From Candidatus Gastranaerophilales bacterium (GTDB lineage: Bacteria; Cyanobacteriota; Vampirovibrionia; Gastranaerophilales; Gastranaerophilaceae), in assembly GCA_944326905.1 (NCBI GenBank), contig CALVFU010000004.1, positions 16,619-80,618 on the forward strand: a stretch of DNA of 64,000 nt, given 5' to 3'. Positions 31,078 through 40,440 of the stretch are shown here, one piece after another. The stretch's first letter is position 1. Each line of letters starts with the position of its first letter. Made by a program: the position numbers and the translations under genes. The notes beneath the pieces were generated by a model. It did not search any database, was not told the origin of the DNA, and was given only the letters and a program-made list of their open reading frames with translations.

Positions 31078-31361
31078 GATTTCCCCTTTAATTTTAACTG
31101 TATACTTTTCTACTATATTACCATACTATTGTAAACAGGTAAAATAATAAAGTTTTTTTAAAGAAATATTACAATGTTTAATTTTTTGTTACAAAGTGCA
31201 TGTGTGTCAGAAAAATATCTCCATATTATTTTAGGTATTAAGGTTATAGAAAAAATCTAAATAAGAATTTCCTACATATGGAGGATTATTTTAAATTGTT
31301 GTTAAAGTTTTAAAATTTTTTGCCGTTTGGAAATTTGAAACAGTATTTTTATGGAGCTTTT

Positions 31362-33011
31362 ATGTCTGAACAAGTATTGGTAAACCCCGTTGATAAAGAG
31401 CAGGATGCAATTGATGCATTAGAAAAAGCACGTGTATATCATGAAAAATATCTTATAAAACAGCAGGAGAAAGACTTAGAAAACGCAATTTCTTTGTATG
31501 TGGATACAATTAAACTGAATCCGGGGATACCAGAAGCGTATTACCGTCTTGCAAGTTTGTTATATGAAAAAGGACAGATTACTGTAAATGGGGCTATAGA
31601 ACAGTGCAGGACTGCATTAACTCTTTCGCCGGACAATGCAAATGCGCACATTTATACTGGATATTTCCTTGGAATTGCTGGTGAATATGAAGCCGCGGCA
31701 GAAGAGTTCCATATTGCAATAAAAAAATCAGGAATGAATTCAGCACGTCCGAGGTTGTTCCTTTCTAAAATAATTATGGAACAAATGCGGAATAAACAAA
31801 AAAATATTGCTTCAATGGCGCAGTTTTTGTATTATTTCCTTTCCGGCAGTCTCATGATTATATGGGATTATCCTACACTTAAAATGTTATACAAATATTT
31901 GGCGGATGATTTTTCTGTATTTTCATTCAAGACACTAGGTTCCACGTGTGCAAAAATGCGAATGATACCCTCTGCTTTGGATATTTATTCAAGAGGAGCG
32001 GAAAAAACAGAGCATGGTGATGTTTTTTATCAGCGTATGGGTGATTTATCGCTGGAATGCGATGATATGATTACTTGTCTTGAATGCTACAGACGAGCGC
32101 TGGAAACATCTCCTGATAACAGAGAAATAATGATTAAGCTTGCTACTATTATTCAAACTTATTTTCCTGACGAAATTGATGAAGCAATTGATTATTATAA
32201 TAAACTGCTTGAATTCGGGATTGACAATGACAAAATTTATTATGAATTAGGTCATTTGTACTTAAAAAAAGAGGACAGACTGCATGCTGCGACTGCGTTT
32301 AAACTGGCAGTTGATTTAGACCCTGAAAATCCATACTATAACAATTCGCTTGCGTTTGCCTATATTAAGTGCGAACTTTATGATGATGCAATAGAGTGTT
32401 ATCAAAAGGCTATAAAAATCAATCCTGATGCCAAGTGGACAGCTATTGTCTGCCATGCTTTGGGTTCAATATATGGAGAAATTCATGGTAACTTTGAAGC
32501 TGCAGAAGCTACTTTTCAAGCTGCTATAGCTCTTGATCCTGAGAATGTTGATGTCCAATTATCTCTTGGTGACCTGTATATGGCAAAAGGTGACATTGAC
32601 GGGGCTATTAAGATTTACTGTGATACTATTGCTATTGATGGCGAAAACTATTTGAGCTACTCAAAAGTCGGGCTTGCTCTGTGGGAAAAAGATTATTTAG
32701 AGGAGTCTCTTGTTGCTTTCCATAAAGCGATCGATTTAAACCCAGAGTTTGATATAGCGCAAAATAATATTGGTGTGGTTTATTTAGACGGTTTTGGAGA
32801 TGCAAAATCTGCAATGGAATATTTTGAAACAGCGTGTTCTCTAAATCCGAATTACACTTTAGCACACTTTAATGCGGGACGCGCTGCGCAGGCTTTGAAT
32901 AAAAAATCATTAGCAGCGGAGTATTACCAGCAGGCAATGAATCTTAATAAACTTACAAATGATTTGGAAGAAAAGGATATTAGAGAGCGATTATACGATT
33001 TGTTTAATTAA
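31362..33011 (+). CDS. TPR-repeat protein (paralogue of 49948..51537)
   Basis: Many TPR units (e.g. AYYRLASLLYEKGQ, YYELGHLYLKKEDRLHAATAFKLAVDLDPEN). Start taken at MSEQ with a GGAG RBS. Confidence 0.65.
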   Translation: MSEQVLVNPVDKEQDAIDALEKARVYHEKYLIKQQEKDLENAISLYVDTIKLNPGIPEAYYRLASLLYEKGQITVNGAIEQCRTALTLSPDNANAHIYTGYFLGIAGEYEAAAEEFHIAIKKSGMNSARPRLFLSKIIMEQMRNKQKNIASMAQFLYYFLSGSLMIIWDYPTLKMLYKYLADDFSVFSFKTLGSTCAKMRMIPSALDIYSRGAEKTEHGDVFYQRMGDLSLECDDMITCLECYRRALETSPDNREIMIKLATIIQTYFPDEIDEAIDYYNKLLEFGIDNDKIYYELGHLYLKKEDRLHAATAFKLAVDLDPENPYYNNSLAFAYIKCELYDDAIECYQKAIKINPDAKWTAIVCHALGSIYGEIHGNFEAAEATFQAAIALDPENVDVQLSLGDLYMAKGDIDGAIKIYCDTIAIDGENYLSYSKVGLALWEKDYLEESLVAFHKAIDLNPEFDIAQNNIGVVYLDGFGDAKSAMEYFETACSLNPNYTLAHFNAGRAAQALNKKSLAAEYYQQAMNLNKLTNDLEEKDIRERLYDLFN

Positions 33012-34243
33012 ACAATTTGTACTTCCTCTTCTTCAATCGGATTTTCAGGCAGTTCCATTTCTAACGCAGAGGTTCCTTCTTCTATATTAAGTTCAGCCAT
33101 AGCGAGTAATGTATCTGTCCCTGCTCCGATATTGCCTATATTGGTATTTATTTCAGGCAAGCTATTTTGTACCCCGTTGAATTTATTTGTATAATCAGAG
33201 CCAAATCCTTGAATTACTCCGGCAACTAATTGAGCAGTACTGGTTCCTGCTGTTCCTGTTGTAATATATCCTTGTCCGACGGCTGTATCAAGTCCGCTCA
33301 TTGCGGTTCCAATAATTGGAAGAACACTTTTAGCAGATGCCATAGCAAGTATTCGTTCTCCAGTTAAGGTTTGATTTAATGAATTGCTGCGTAAAGTTGC
33401 TGTTTCTTGTGCAGCTGCACCTGTGTGTGATACAACACTGTTATTTGTAGTAACAACAGTATTATCAAGATTGTCTTGAGTTTCTGTTGTTGTTACTGCA
33501 AGCTGTTGCTGTAATTGTCCTGCCCATGCTTGAGATTGATTTGCTTTATAAATTTCTTGAGAAATTGAGTCTGCGCTTTCTATAATGTTTGTATGAAGTT
33601 CATTTATAACAGGTGCATAAGTTGCACAAATTTCATTTGCTGCTGCAAGCTGTTTTTGTAATTTTTCTTTTTCTGTTTCATCAGTTGTGCTGTTTAATTT
33701 TGCTTCAAGTTCATCTCTTCTTGCTTTTTCTGTTTCAAAAGTTTCAATTTGTTGTTGTATCAATTCAATATTTTCAAGTAAAGCTTCTTTTTTAGCAGCG
33801 ACAATCTCTGTACTTTCTTCAATTATTTTTATTTGTTCATCAAGATCTGCTTTGTATCCGTCAATTTTGCCGGCAGCTTCATTAATTATACCTTCTGCTT
33901 GAACTACGCCTTGTTGTGCGGCATCTTCTGCTGCTTTATTTTCTTTATTAATTTTTACTTCAGATGCTTTATTTTTGGCTTTTTCACCAGCTAAAGAAAG
34001 TCCGTTTGTAATAGCTCCGCCGACCGCGCTAAAAATGGAATTCATAGCCATAGATGCTGCTTGCATTCCCATACTTGATGCACTTTGACCCATTGCATCC
34101 CAGAAATTTCCGCCTTGGAAAATACAATTTATGAAATTTGAGCCGGCAGCTCCGAACGGGTTATTGCCGAGACTGCTGCCCATAGAGCTGCTGATTGAGT
34201 TTCCAAAAGTATTCAAATTAAATTTCAGTTCTGGCGCAGTCAT
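33008..34243 (-). CDS. Hypothetical coiled-coil protein with Gly/Ser/Ala/Met-rich termini
   Basis: 411-aa ORF. Residues ~90-215 are strongly heptad/charged (KIDGYKADLDEQIKIIEESTEIVAAKKEALLENIELIQQQIETFETEKARRDELEAKL). Both ends are small-residue rich and the tail is acidic. Confidence 0.55.
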   Translation of the reverse strand: MTAPELKFNLNTFGNSISSSMGSSLGNNPFGAAGSNFINCIFQGGNFWDAMGQSASSMGMQAASMAMNSIFSAVGGAITNGLSLAGEKAKNKASEVKINKENKAAEDAAQQGVVQAEGIINEAAGKIDGYKADLDEQIKIIEESTEIVAAKKEALLENIELIQQQIETFETEKARRDELEAKLNSTTDETEKEKLQKQLAAANEICATYAPVINELHTNIIESADSISQEIYKANQSQAWAGQLQQQLAVTTTETQDNLDNTVVTTNNSVVSHTGAAAQETATLRSNSLNQTLTGERILAMASAKSVLPIIGTAMSGLDTAVGQGYITTGTAGTSTAQLVAGVIQGFGSDYTNKFNGVQNSLPEINTNIGNIGAGTDTLLAMAELNIEEGTSALEMELPENPIEEEEVQIV

Positions 34244-34425
34244 CTTATTAATTCCTTAAAACATCTTACATATATACAAAGTATATAAAACACGGCAAAT
34301 TTCAGAGGTTTGCTTATTTGTTACAAAAGTTTACAAATGATATTTGGGGGAATTTGGGTGAAATTTTAGATATTAAAAATAATACTTGAATAAAAATATT
34401 ATTGATTTATAATAAGCATAACCGA

Positions 34426-34497
34426 AGCGGTATCGTCTAGGGGTCAGGATAGCAGATTCTCATTCTGTTGACACGGGTTCAAATCCCGTTGCCGCCG
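34426..34497 (+). tRNA. tRNA-Glu (anticodon CUC)
   Basis: Hand-folded: TCGTCTAGGGGTCAGGA D-region typical of tRNA-Glu, anticodon stem GCAGA/TCTGT with loop TTCTCAT, T-arm ACGGG-TTCAAAT-CCCGT. Acceptor pairs 2-7 are fine; position 1:72 reads A:C. Confidence 0.8.
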
Positions 34498-34522
34498 GTT
34501 TATTAGATATGTAATAGTAATA

Positions 34523-34550
34523 AAAGGATTGAATTTATTTCAATCCTTTT
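34523..34550. terminator. Bidirectional intrinsic terminator (tRNA-Glu / AAA+ gene)
   Basis: AAAGGATTGAA-TTTAT-TTCAATCCTTT hairpin with flanking A/T runs. Confidence 0.6.
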
Positions 34551-34555
34551 ATTTG

Positions 34556-36085
34556 TTAATTTTTATTGTAATTTGTATAGCCTATAGGTTTTCTTGTTTT
34601 TTGCTGTCCAAAGAGTTCCTGCATTGCAGCATCAAAGTCTTCCTTTGTTATCTTTACTAAATCCAAATCTGCAGGAACAAAAGTTCCTTCATCCATTTTT
34701 TTATGAATACCGCATCTCTCATAGGCGTTAATCTGTGCACTTGTTAAAAGTGCAGGAATATCTGAGCCTGTTGCTTTTTTCTTAAATAACTCTTTTGCTA
34801 TTTCATTGATATCTAAATCCAGTTCAACAGGTGTGTTTTTAATATGAATACTTAAAATATCCTTTAATCCTTTTTCATCAGGAAGTTCGACAGGAATATG
34901 GAGAGTGAATCTTCCTGAGCGTAATATCGCCTTATCTAAGATATCTTTTCGGTTAGTCGCGGCAATTACAATAACCTGGTCTCCTTCTTTTTCTAAATCG
35001 CTCATAAGCGTTAAAAGCTGGTTTACGACTTTGTCTCCGTATACATCTTGTCCTCCTCGCTCTTTTGCGACAGCATCAAATTCATCAATAAAAATTATAG
35101 TGGGTTGTTCTTCTTTGGCAAGTTTAAATAAGTTTCTCCAATTTTCCTCTGATTCACCTACCCATTTAGATTCCATCTCGAGCCCGTTAAGCTTTACAAA
35201 ATTTACCCCAGCTTCATTTGAAAGAGCAAGTGCAAGACGTGTTTTTCCTGTTCCTGGCGGACCGTACATTAAAGCACCATGGTTTGTTAATGTATTTTTG
35301 TATGCTTCAGGATATTTAAGCGGGTATAATATACCTCTTTTTAGAATTTCTATTGCTTTATCCTGTCCGCCTACATCTTTAAACATCACAGGCTGGACTT
35401 TTGAGCTTTCATCTTTTGCCATAGACATTATTGATTTTAAATTTTGTTTTTCAACAACAGGTCTAACCTCTTTTTCAAAATCTAATATTGTTGAAAAGGT
35501 GTGTCTGACCAGACTCAAATTTGCTTTCGGATTATCTTTTATTTCCATTGTAAAATCATTTAATTTAATGATATCACCGTTAAGAATATAAGCCGTTTCA
35601 TTGTTTTTAAGGTAGTCATTATTAACAAACATCATATCTTTATTAATATTCCAAAGTTCAGTATCACCTTGTTTGTGTTTTATAAAAGCTAAAGTTCCTC
35701 CTACATTATCATCAGGGATAAAAAATATTCTCCTGAAAAGTTGGTTTGCTGATTTGTAAGAATTCTTTAGAGCGTTTTGAGCTTCTTTTAAAGACTTGCT
35801 GACTAAAATTATTTCTTCGTGCTTAAATACTTCAAAAAGAGAAGCAACTCTATCTGAGAGCGGGATTTGTTTCCCTAATTCTAAAACCTTTGCTGGTATG
35901 GAAGCTTTAAAAGCTGGATTATTTTGGATAAATACACTATTATAATTTTTATCAGCAAGAACAGAGCTGGTGTTAGCAGCTGAAAACAAATTAACAGCCT
36001 CTGGTGTCTTGTTTTGTTGTTGTTTTATTGGTTTGGAAAAATTTTTGTTAAAATTAATAAAATTGGTTACTGCACTTACATTCAT
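34556..36085 (-). CDS. AAA+ ATPase (classical clade, CDC48/FtsH/Ycf46-like single module) with an unrecognised ~230-aa N-terminal region
   Basis: Walker A GPPGTGKT, Walker B IIFIDEFD, second region of homology ATNRKDILDKAILRSGRF. No TM segment and no protease domain. Confidence 0.8.
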   Translation of the reverse strand: MNVSAVTNFINFNKNFSKPIKQQQNKTPEAVNLFSAANTSSVLADKNYNSVFIQNNPAFKASIPAKVLELGKQIPLSDRVASLFEVFKHEEIILVSKSLKEAQNALKNSYKSANQLFRRIFFIPDDNVGGTLAFIKHKQGDTELWNINKDMMFVNNDYLKNNETAYILNGDIIKLNDFTMEIKDNPKANLSLVRHTFSTILDFEKEVRPVVEKQNLKSIMSMAKDESSKVQPVMFKDVGGQDKAIEILKRGILYPLKYPEAYKNTLTNHGALMYGPPGTGKTRLALALSNEAGVNFVKLNGLEMESKWVGESEENWRNLFKLAKEEQPTIIFIDEFDAVAKERGGQDVYGDKVVNQLLTLMSDLEKEGDQVIVIAATNRKDILDKAILRSGRFTLHIPVELPDEKGLKDILSIHIKNTPVELDLDINEIAKELFKKKATGSDIPALLTSAQINAYERCGIHKKMDEGTFVPADLDLVKITKEDFDAAMQELFGQQKTRKPIGYTNYNKN

Positions 36086-36468
36086 TACATATCTCCTTTT
36101 ACACAGGTATTGTACGATACTAAAAAATAATAATAATTACTGATGATTAGCCTACGAGCTTAAAATAGGAATATGGCATACTGCACGAAAAACCACAAGC
36201 CATAAAAGCTACAGTTATTGAGCATTTCACTCGTTTAATATTGTTGTGAACCCCGATACTAAAAATATGCATAGTTCAAGTGTAAATGAGACACTCTAAT
36301 CTGTCAAGCAGTAAACTTGCTAAAAGCTAAGGCTAATAATATGTTTTAAAATTAATTTACGGCGGTAACCCTGTAGAATTTTATATTTTATGCTACAATT
36401 ATTGCTGTGATAAATTCTTTTTGCGGGAAAAGAATTTAAATTTTAGCTTACAGCAGCGGGGTAACTAA

Positions 36469-37281
36469 ATGCATTTATTGTTTCTTGAGGAGTCAGGATC
36501 TGTAGATCCTAAAAATAAAAATTTTTCTAAGTATTTTGTTATTGCCGGCATTATTATACCTGAAGATTTATGGATAGTTTTACACACAAAGTTAAAAGAA
36601 TTAAAAAAAGAATACAGGGTTACAACTGAAATAAAATGGCGGTATTTTTCCCCAAATAATAAGGAAAAAAATAACGGTTTAAGATATATGAGTTTTGATA
36701 CAAGAGATAAATTTCGTGATTGCTTATATAAACTTATCACATCACACCCGGAAATAAAAATTATTTCTATAGTTACAGATATAGAAGAAGCGTATAAACT
36801 ATCATATGTTGTAAATCAACGAGATTTATACTGGTTTAGTTATAAACAAATAATAGAGCGTTTTCAGTATTATTTACAAGATTTTGCAAGAGAAACAGGA
36901 CAAAAGGTTTATGGTATGGTTTTTATTGATAAAAAATCTGCAAACAGCGACAAGATACTTAAAAATATACAAAAAGGGCTATTGTATGTAGAAAAACGCA
37001 GTCATTCAATTTTGGATAATCTTATAGAGGGCGTATCTCTTATATCTTCTCATTTTAGTTTAGGCGCTCAGCTTGCGGATGTTATAACAGGTGCGGTTTA
37101 TCGTAAATTTGAAAAAAAGGACGAACGATATTTTAATAAAATAAAAAACTCTTTCAGAAGACGTGGAGATATTATTACAGGCTACGGTCTTATTAATTTT
37201 CCAAAAAATAAAGACACCGGGATGATTAAAATCAAACCTGCAGCAAGACGCAGTCCCGATGTTAAGTACTATTATCAGTGA
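36469..37281 (+). CDS. DUF3800-family protein
   Basis: N-terminal LFLEESGS (DESG-like) and C-terminal GAQLADVITGAVYR (Q-x-AD) motifs as I recall them for DUF3800. 270 aa. Confidence 0.55.
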   Translation: MHLLFLEESGSVDPKNKNFSKYFVIAGIIIPEDLWIVLHTKLKELKKEYRVTTEIKWRYFSPNNKEKNNGLRYMSFDTRDKFRDCLYKLITSHPEIKIISIVTDIEEAYKLSYVVNQRDLYWFSYKQIIERFQYYLQDFARETGQKVYGMVFIDKKSANSDKILKNIQKGLLYVEKRSHSILDNLIEGVSLISSHFSLGAQLADVITGAVYRKFEKKDERYFNKIKNSFRRRGDIITGYGLINFPKNKDTGMIKIKPAARRSPDVKYYYQ

Positions 37282-37401
37282 TAATAGCTATAAATGCAAA
37301 TTGTTAAGTGTTCTTAACTGAATGCTCCCTTTGTATTTGCTTTACAGCAAGTTTTTTTGTGTTAAACTATAGGTATTAATTGGGGATAGAAGGAGGATGT
37401 T

Positions 37402-39972
37402 TTGAGCCAGCAAAATATGTTTTCAGACGGGAAGATAGTTCCTGTTAATATTAGAGAAGAGATGAAGCGTTCATATATAGATTATGCAATGAGCGTAATT
37501 GTAGGACGTGCGCTGCCGGATGTAAGAGACGGGTTAAAGCCTGTACACAGGCGTATACTTTTTGCAATGAATGAGTTAGGCATGACTCCTGATAAACCTT
37601 TTAAAAAGTGCGCGCGTATTGTAGGTGAAGTGCTTGGTAAATATCACCCTCACGGTGATACGGCAGTATATGAGTCTCTTGTTCGTATGGCTCAGGACTT
37701 TTCTACAAGATATTTAACTGTCGATGGGCATGGAAACTTTGGATCTGTTGACGGTGACGGTGCGGCGGCTATGCGTTATACAGAGGCGCGTATGCATAAA
37801 ATTACAACTTCAATGCTCGCTGATATTGATTGTGAGACTGTTGATTTTGTACCTAACTTTGACGGCTCTTTAGAAGAGCCTTCTGTATTGCCTGTAAGAC
37901 TGCCGATGCTTTTGTTAAACGGAGTATCAGGTATTGCTGTTGGTATGGCAACAAATATTCCGCCGCACAACCTCTGTGAAATTGTGGACGGTACGATTGC
38001 TTTAATTGATAACCCTAATATTACGGTTGCGGAGTTAATGGAATATATCAAAGGTCCTGATTTTCCGACGGCTGCTACAATTGTAGGGCTTGGTGATATA
38101 AGACAAGCTTATGAAACAGGCAGAGGCTCAATTAAAATGAGAGCTGTAGCAACTATCGAAGAAATTCCAGGCGGCGGCGGGCGACAGGCTAGAACTGCCA
38201 TTATTGTTACGGAAATACCTTATCAGGTAAACAAAGCTCAGCTTATTGAAAAAATTGCTGAACTTGTAAAAGAAGGCAAAATTAGCGGAATCTCGGATTT
38301 AAGAGATGAATCTGACCGTGAGGGCATGCGTATTGTTATTGAATTAAAACGTGATGCAAAGCCGGATGTTGTTAAAAATAATTTATTTAAATTTACTCAA
38401 TTATCTACGACTTTTGGTGTTAATATGCTTGCTTTATGCGGAAAACAGCCGCGTTTAATGAATCTATATGATGTCCTTAATGAATTTGTAGAACATAGAG
38501 TTGAAATAGTTACACGGCGTACAATATATTTCCTTAAAAAAGCAAAAATAAGAGCTCATATATTGGCAGGTTTGCTTATTGCTCTAGGCTCCTTGGATGA
38601 AGTTATTGAGCTTATTAAAAAATCAAAAACAACGGATGATGCTAGAGTTGGTTTGATGAGCCGGTTTGGACTAGACGCGGATCAGGCTAATGCTATCCTT
38701 GAGATGCAATTAAGACGTTTAACCGGGTTAGAGCAAGATAAGATTAAGAATGAATATGATGAGTTAATTAAAAAGATTGCTGAGTATGAAGATATTCTTG
38801 CAAGCCGTCAGAAAGTTTTAAATATCATAAAATCGGAACTTCTTGAAGATAAAGAAAAATATGGTGATGACAGAAAAACGCAAATTGTGCCGGAACTAGA
38901 CGAAGTCACAATAGAAGATTTGACGCCGAATATCCCAATGGCAGTATTTATAACTAATCAGGGATATTTAAAACGAATTTCCCTAGATACTTTTGAACGT
39001 CAAAATCGTGCAACCAGAGGAAAAAGCGGTATAAAAACCAAAGAAGATGATGATATTCAGCATTTCTTTACTGCCATGATGCATGATAAAGTATTATTCT
39101 TTAGTACAAAAGGTATCTGTTATAGTCTAAATGTTTATGATTTCCCTGAAGGCGGAAGGCAGGCTAAGGGCTTACCGATTGTAAATGTTTTACCAATTTC
39201 ACAAGACGAAAAAATTACTGCAGTTGTACCAGTAAGTAACTTCTCACATGATACTAATTTAATTATGCTTACGCAAAAAGGGTATATTAAACGTATAGAG
39301 CTGGATAATTTTGCAAATATCCGCCGCAGCGGAATTATTGCAATTGGTCTGGAAGAAGATGATAAACTTAATTGGGTTAAGTTATCAAAATCAAATGATG
39401 AAATAATAATTGGTACATCATGCGGCATGGCCATAAGATTCCCTATAGAAGACTTAAGACCGTTAGGAAGAAGCGCTAGAGGTGTAAATTCTATGAAGCT
39501 GAGAGCCGGTGATACTATTATTGGGTGCGATATAGTACCAAGAGATAAAGACGGAGATTTACTTGTTGTAACGTCTGACGGCTTTGGTAAGCGTACTAAA
39601 ATATCAGAATTTAGAACACAAAACAGAGGCGGTATAGGATTGATTGCAACTAAATTTAAATCAACTACATCAAGACTTGTTGCTTTAACTATTGTAGAAG
39701 AAAAAGATGAAATAATGATAGTTACTGCAAACGGGGTAGTATCAAGAATAAAAGCTCAAGATATATCGTGTCAGGGAAGACCGGCAACTGGTGTGAAGGC
39801 TCAAAATCTTTCAGATAATGATGCAGTTGTGTCTTGCAATAAGATAGTTAATACTGATAATGACGATACTTCTGCTGATAGAGGGCAGACTGTTTTAGAA
39901 AATTCAAATGACTCGTCAGTTCAGGGCTCTTTGTTGAGTGAAAATCCTCAAGATAATATCGTAGAGGAATAA
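37402..39972 (+). CDS. gyrA: DNA gyrase subunit A
   Basis: [15 protein letters not shown], active-site [10 protein letters not shown], and a C-terminal beta-pinwheel with GyrA-box-like [13 protein letters not shown] start 5 nt after AGGAGG. Confidence 0.97.
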   Translation: MSQQNMFSDGKIVPVNIREEMKRSYIDYAMSVIVGRALPDVRDGLKPVHRRILFAMNELGMTPDKPFKKCARIVGEVLGKYHPHGDTAVYESLVRMAQDFSTRYLTVDGHGNFGSVDGDGAAAMRYTEARMHKITTSMLADIDCETVDFVPNFDGSLEEPSVLPVRLPMLLLNGVSGIAVGMATNIPPHNLCEIVDGTIALIDNPNITVAELMEYIKGPDFPTAATIVGLGDIRQAYETGRGSIKMRAVATIEEIPGGGGRQARTAIIVTEIPYQVNKAQLIEKIAELVKEGKISGISDLRDESDREGMRIVIELKRDAKPDVVKNNLFKFTQLSTTFGVNMLALCGKQPRLMNLYDVLNEFVEHRVEIVTRRTIYFLKKAKIRAHILAGLLIALGSLDEVIELIKKSKTTDDARVGLMSRFGLDADQANAILEMQLRRLTGLEQDKIKNEYDELIKKIAEYEDILASRQKVLNIIKSELLEDKEKYGDDRKTQIVPELDEVTIEDLTPNIPMAVFITNQGYLKRISLDTFERQNRATRGKSGIKTKEDDDIQHFFTAMMHDKVLFFSTKGICYSLNVYDFPEGGRQAKGLPIVNVLPISQDEKITAVVPVSNFSHDTNLIMLTQKGYIKRIELDNFANIRRSGIIAIGLEEDDKLNWVKLSKSNDEIIIGTSCGMAIRFPIEDLRPLGRSARGVNSMKLRAGDTIIGCDIVPRDKDGDLLVVTSDGFGKRTKISEFRTQNRGGIGLIATKFKSTTSRLVALTIVEEKDEIMIVTANGVVSRIKAQDISCQGRPATGVKAQNLSDNDAVVSCNKIVNTDNDDTSADRGQTVLENSNDSSVQGSLLSENPQDNIVEE

Positions 39973-40005
39973 CTAGAAAAACTTGATAGTGTAATGGATA
40001 AGTAG

Positions 40006-40037
40006 CTGCAAATAATAATTTGCAGTTATTTATTTTT
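40006..40037 (+). terminator. Intrinsic terminator of gyrA
   Basis: CTGCAAAT-AATA-ATTTGCAG hairpin followed by a T-rich tract. Confidence 0.6.
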
Positions 40038-40045
40038 TAACGGTA

Positions 40046-40073
40046 TTGACCAAAAGAAAAACGGTAATAGAAT
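40046..40073 (+). promoter_or_regulatory. Candidate sigma70-type promoter with no downstream ORF
   Basis: TTGACC, 16-nt spacer, TAGAAT immediately after the gyrA terminator. Confidence 0.35.
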
Positions 40074-40440
40074 CCCACTACCGCTCAAAATCTCCTCTTA
40101 ATTGGAATACTTATATTTTATTTCCAAAAATTTATAAATAAAGTATACTTCAAAACAACTGCTTTGTATAGTGAAAATATTTACGCATGCTTAAATTTTT
40201 ACAAAGATAAATAACAAAATAGTGTAAAAGTAACACTGGTAAGCTATAGCGGAATTTAAATATTTTTTTGAAATATTTACAATTGAATTGTTACAAAAAA
40301 GACATAAATACTTGAAAAAAAAAGAAGTGTGAGCGACAGTGTGTTTTTAGGGAAATTGGGTATTATTATTGATTTAAAATGTTAGGGATAAAAAATGTGT
40401 GGATTTTTTTTGATACTAGTGGATTGTGTTTTTAATATTA

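Noticed and set aside
31180-31200. The word TTGTTACAAA recurs in intergenic DNA: about 31186 upstream of ftsZ, about 34318 upstream of the coiled-coil gene, about 40290 in the ORF-free region, and near-copies at about 41010 and 59000.
   Set aside because: With this AT-rich composition about one chance occurrence is expected. Three or four copies is only marginally above that, and the spacing to starts is inconsistent. It is worth a motif search but is not claimable.
34905-35591. 228-aa ORF antisense to the AAA+ gene. Similar long antisense ORFs occur at 744..1394, 18731..19333 and 57960..58559.
   Set aside because: Each lies opposite a gene with strong family motifs and has a Ser/Phe/Ile-rich shadow-frame composition.
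36086-36468. 8-bp end-to-end complementarity (ATTAGCCT / AGGCTAAT) enclosing ~190 nt between the AAA+ and DUF3800 genes, considered as a 6S-like or other structured RNA.
   Set aside because: A single 8-bp match within 200 nt of AT-rich DNA is expected by chance. There is no terminator and no compositional shift. More likely it is just a divergent promoter region.
36465-36740. 91-aa ORF antisense to the start of the DUF3800 gene.
   Set aside because: It overlaps the better-supported plus-strand ORF and shows no motifs.
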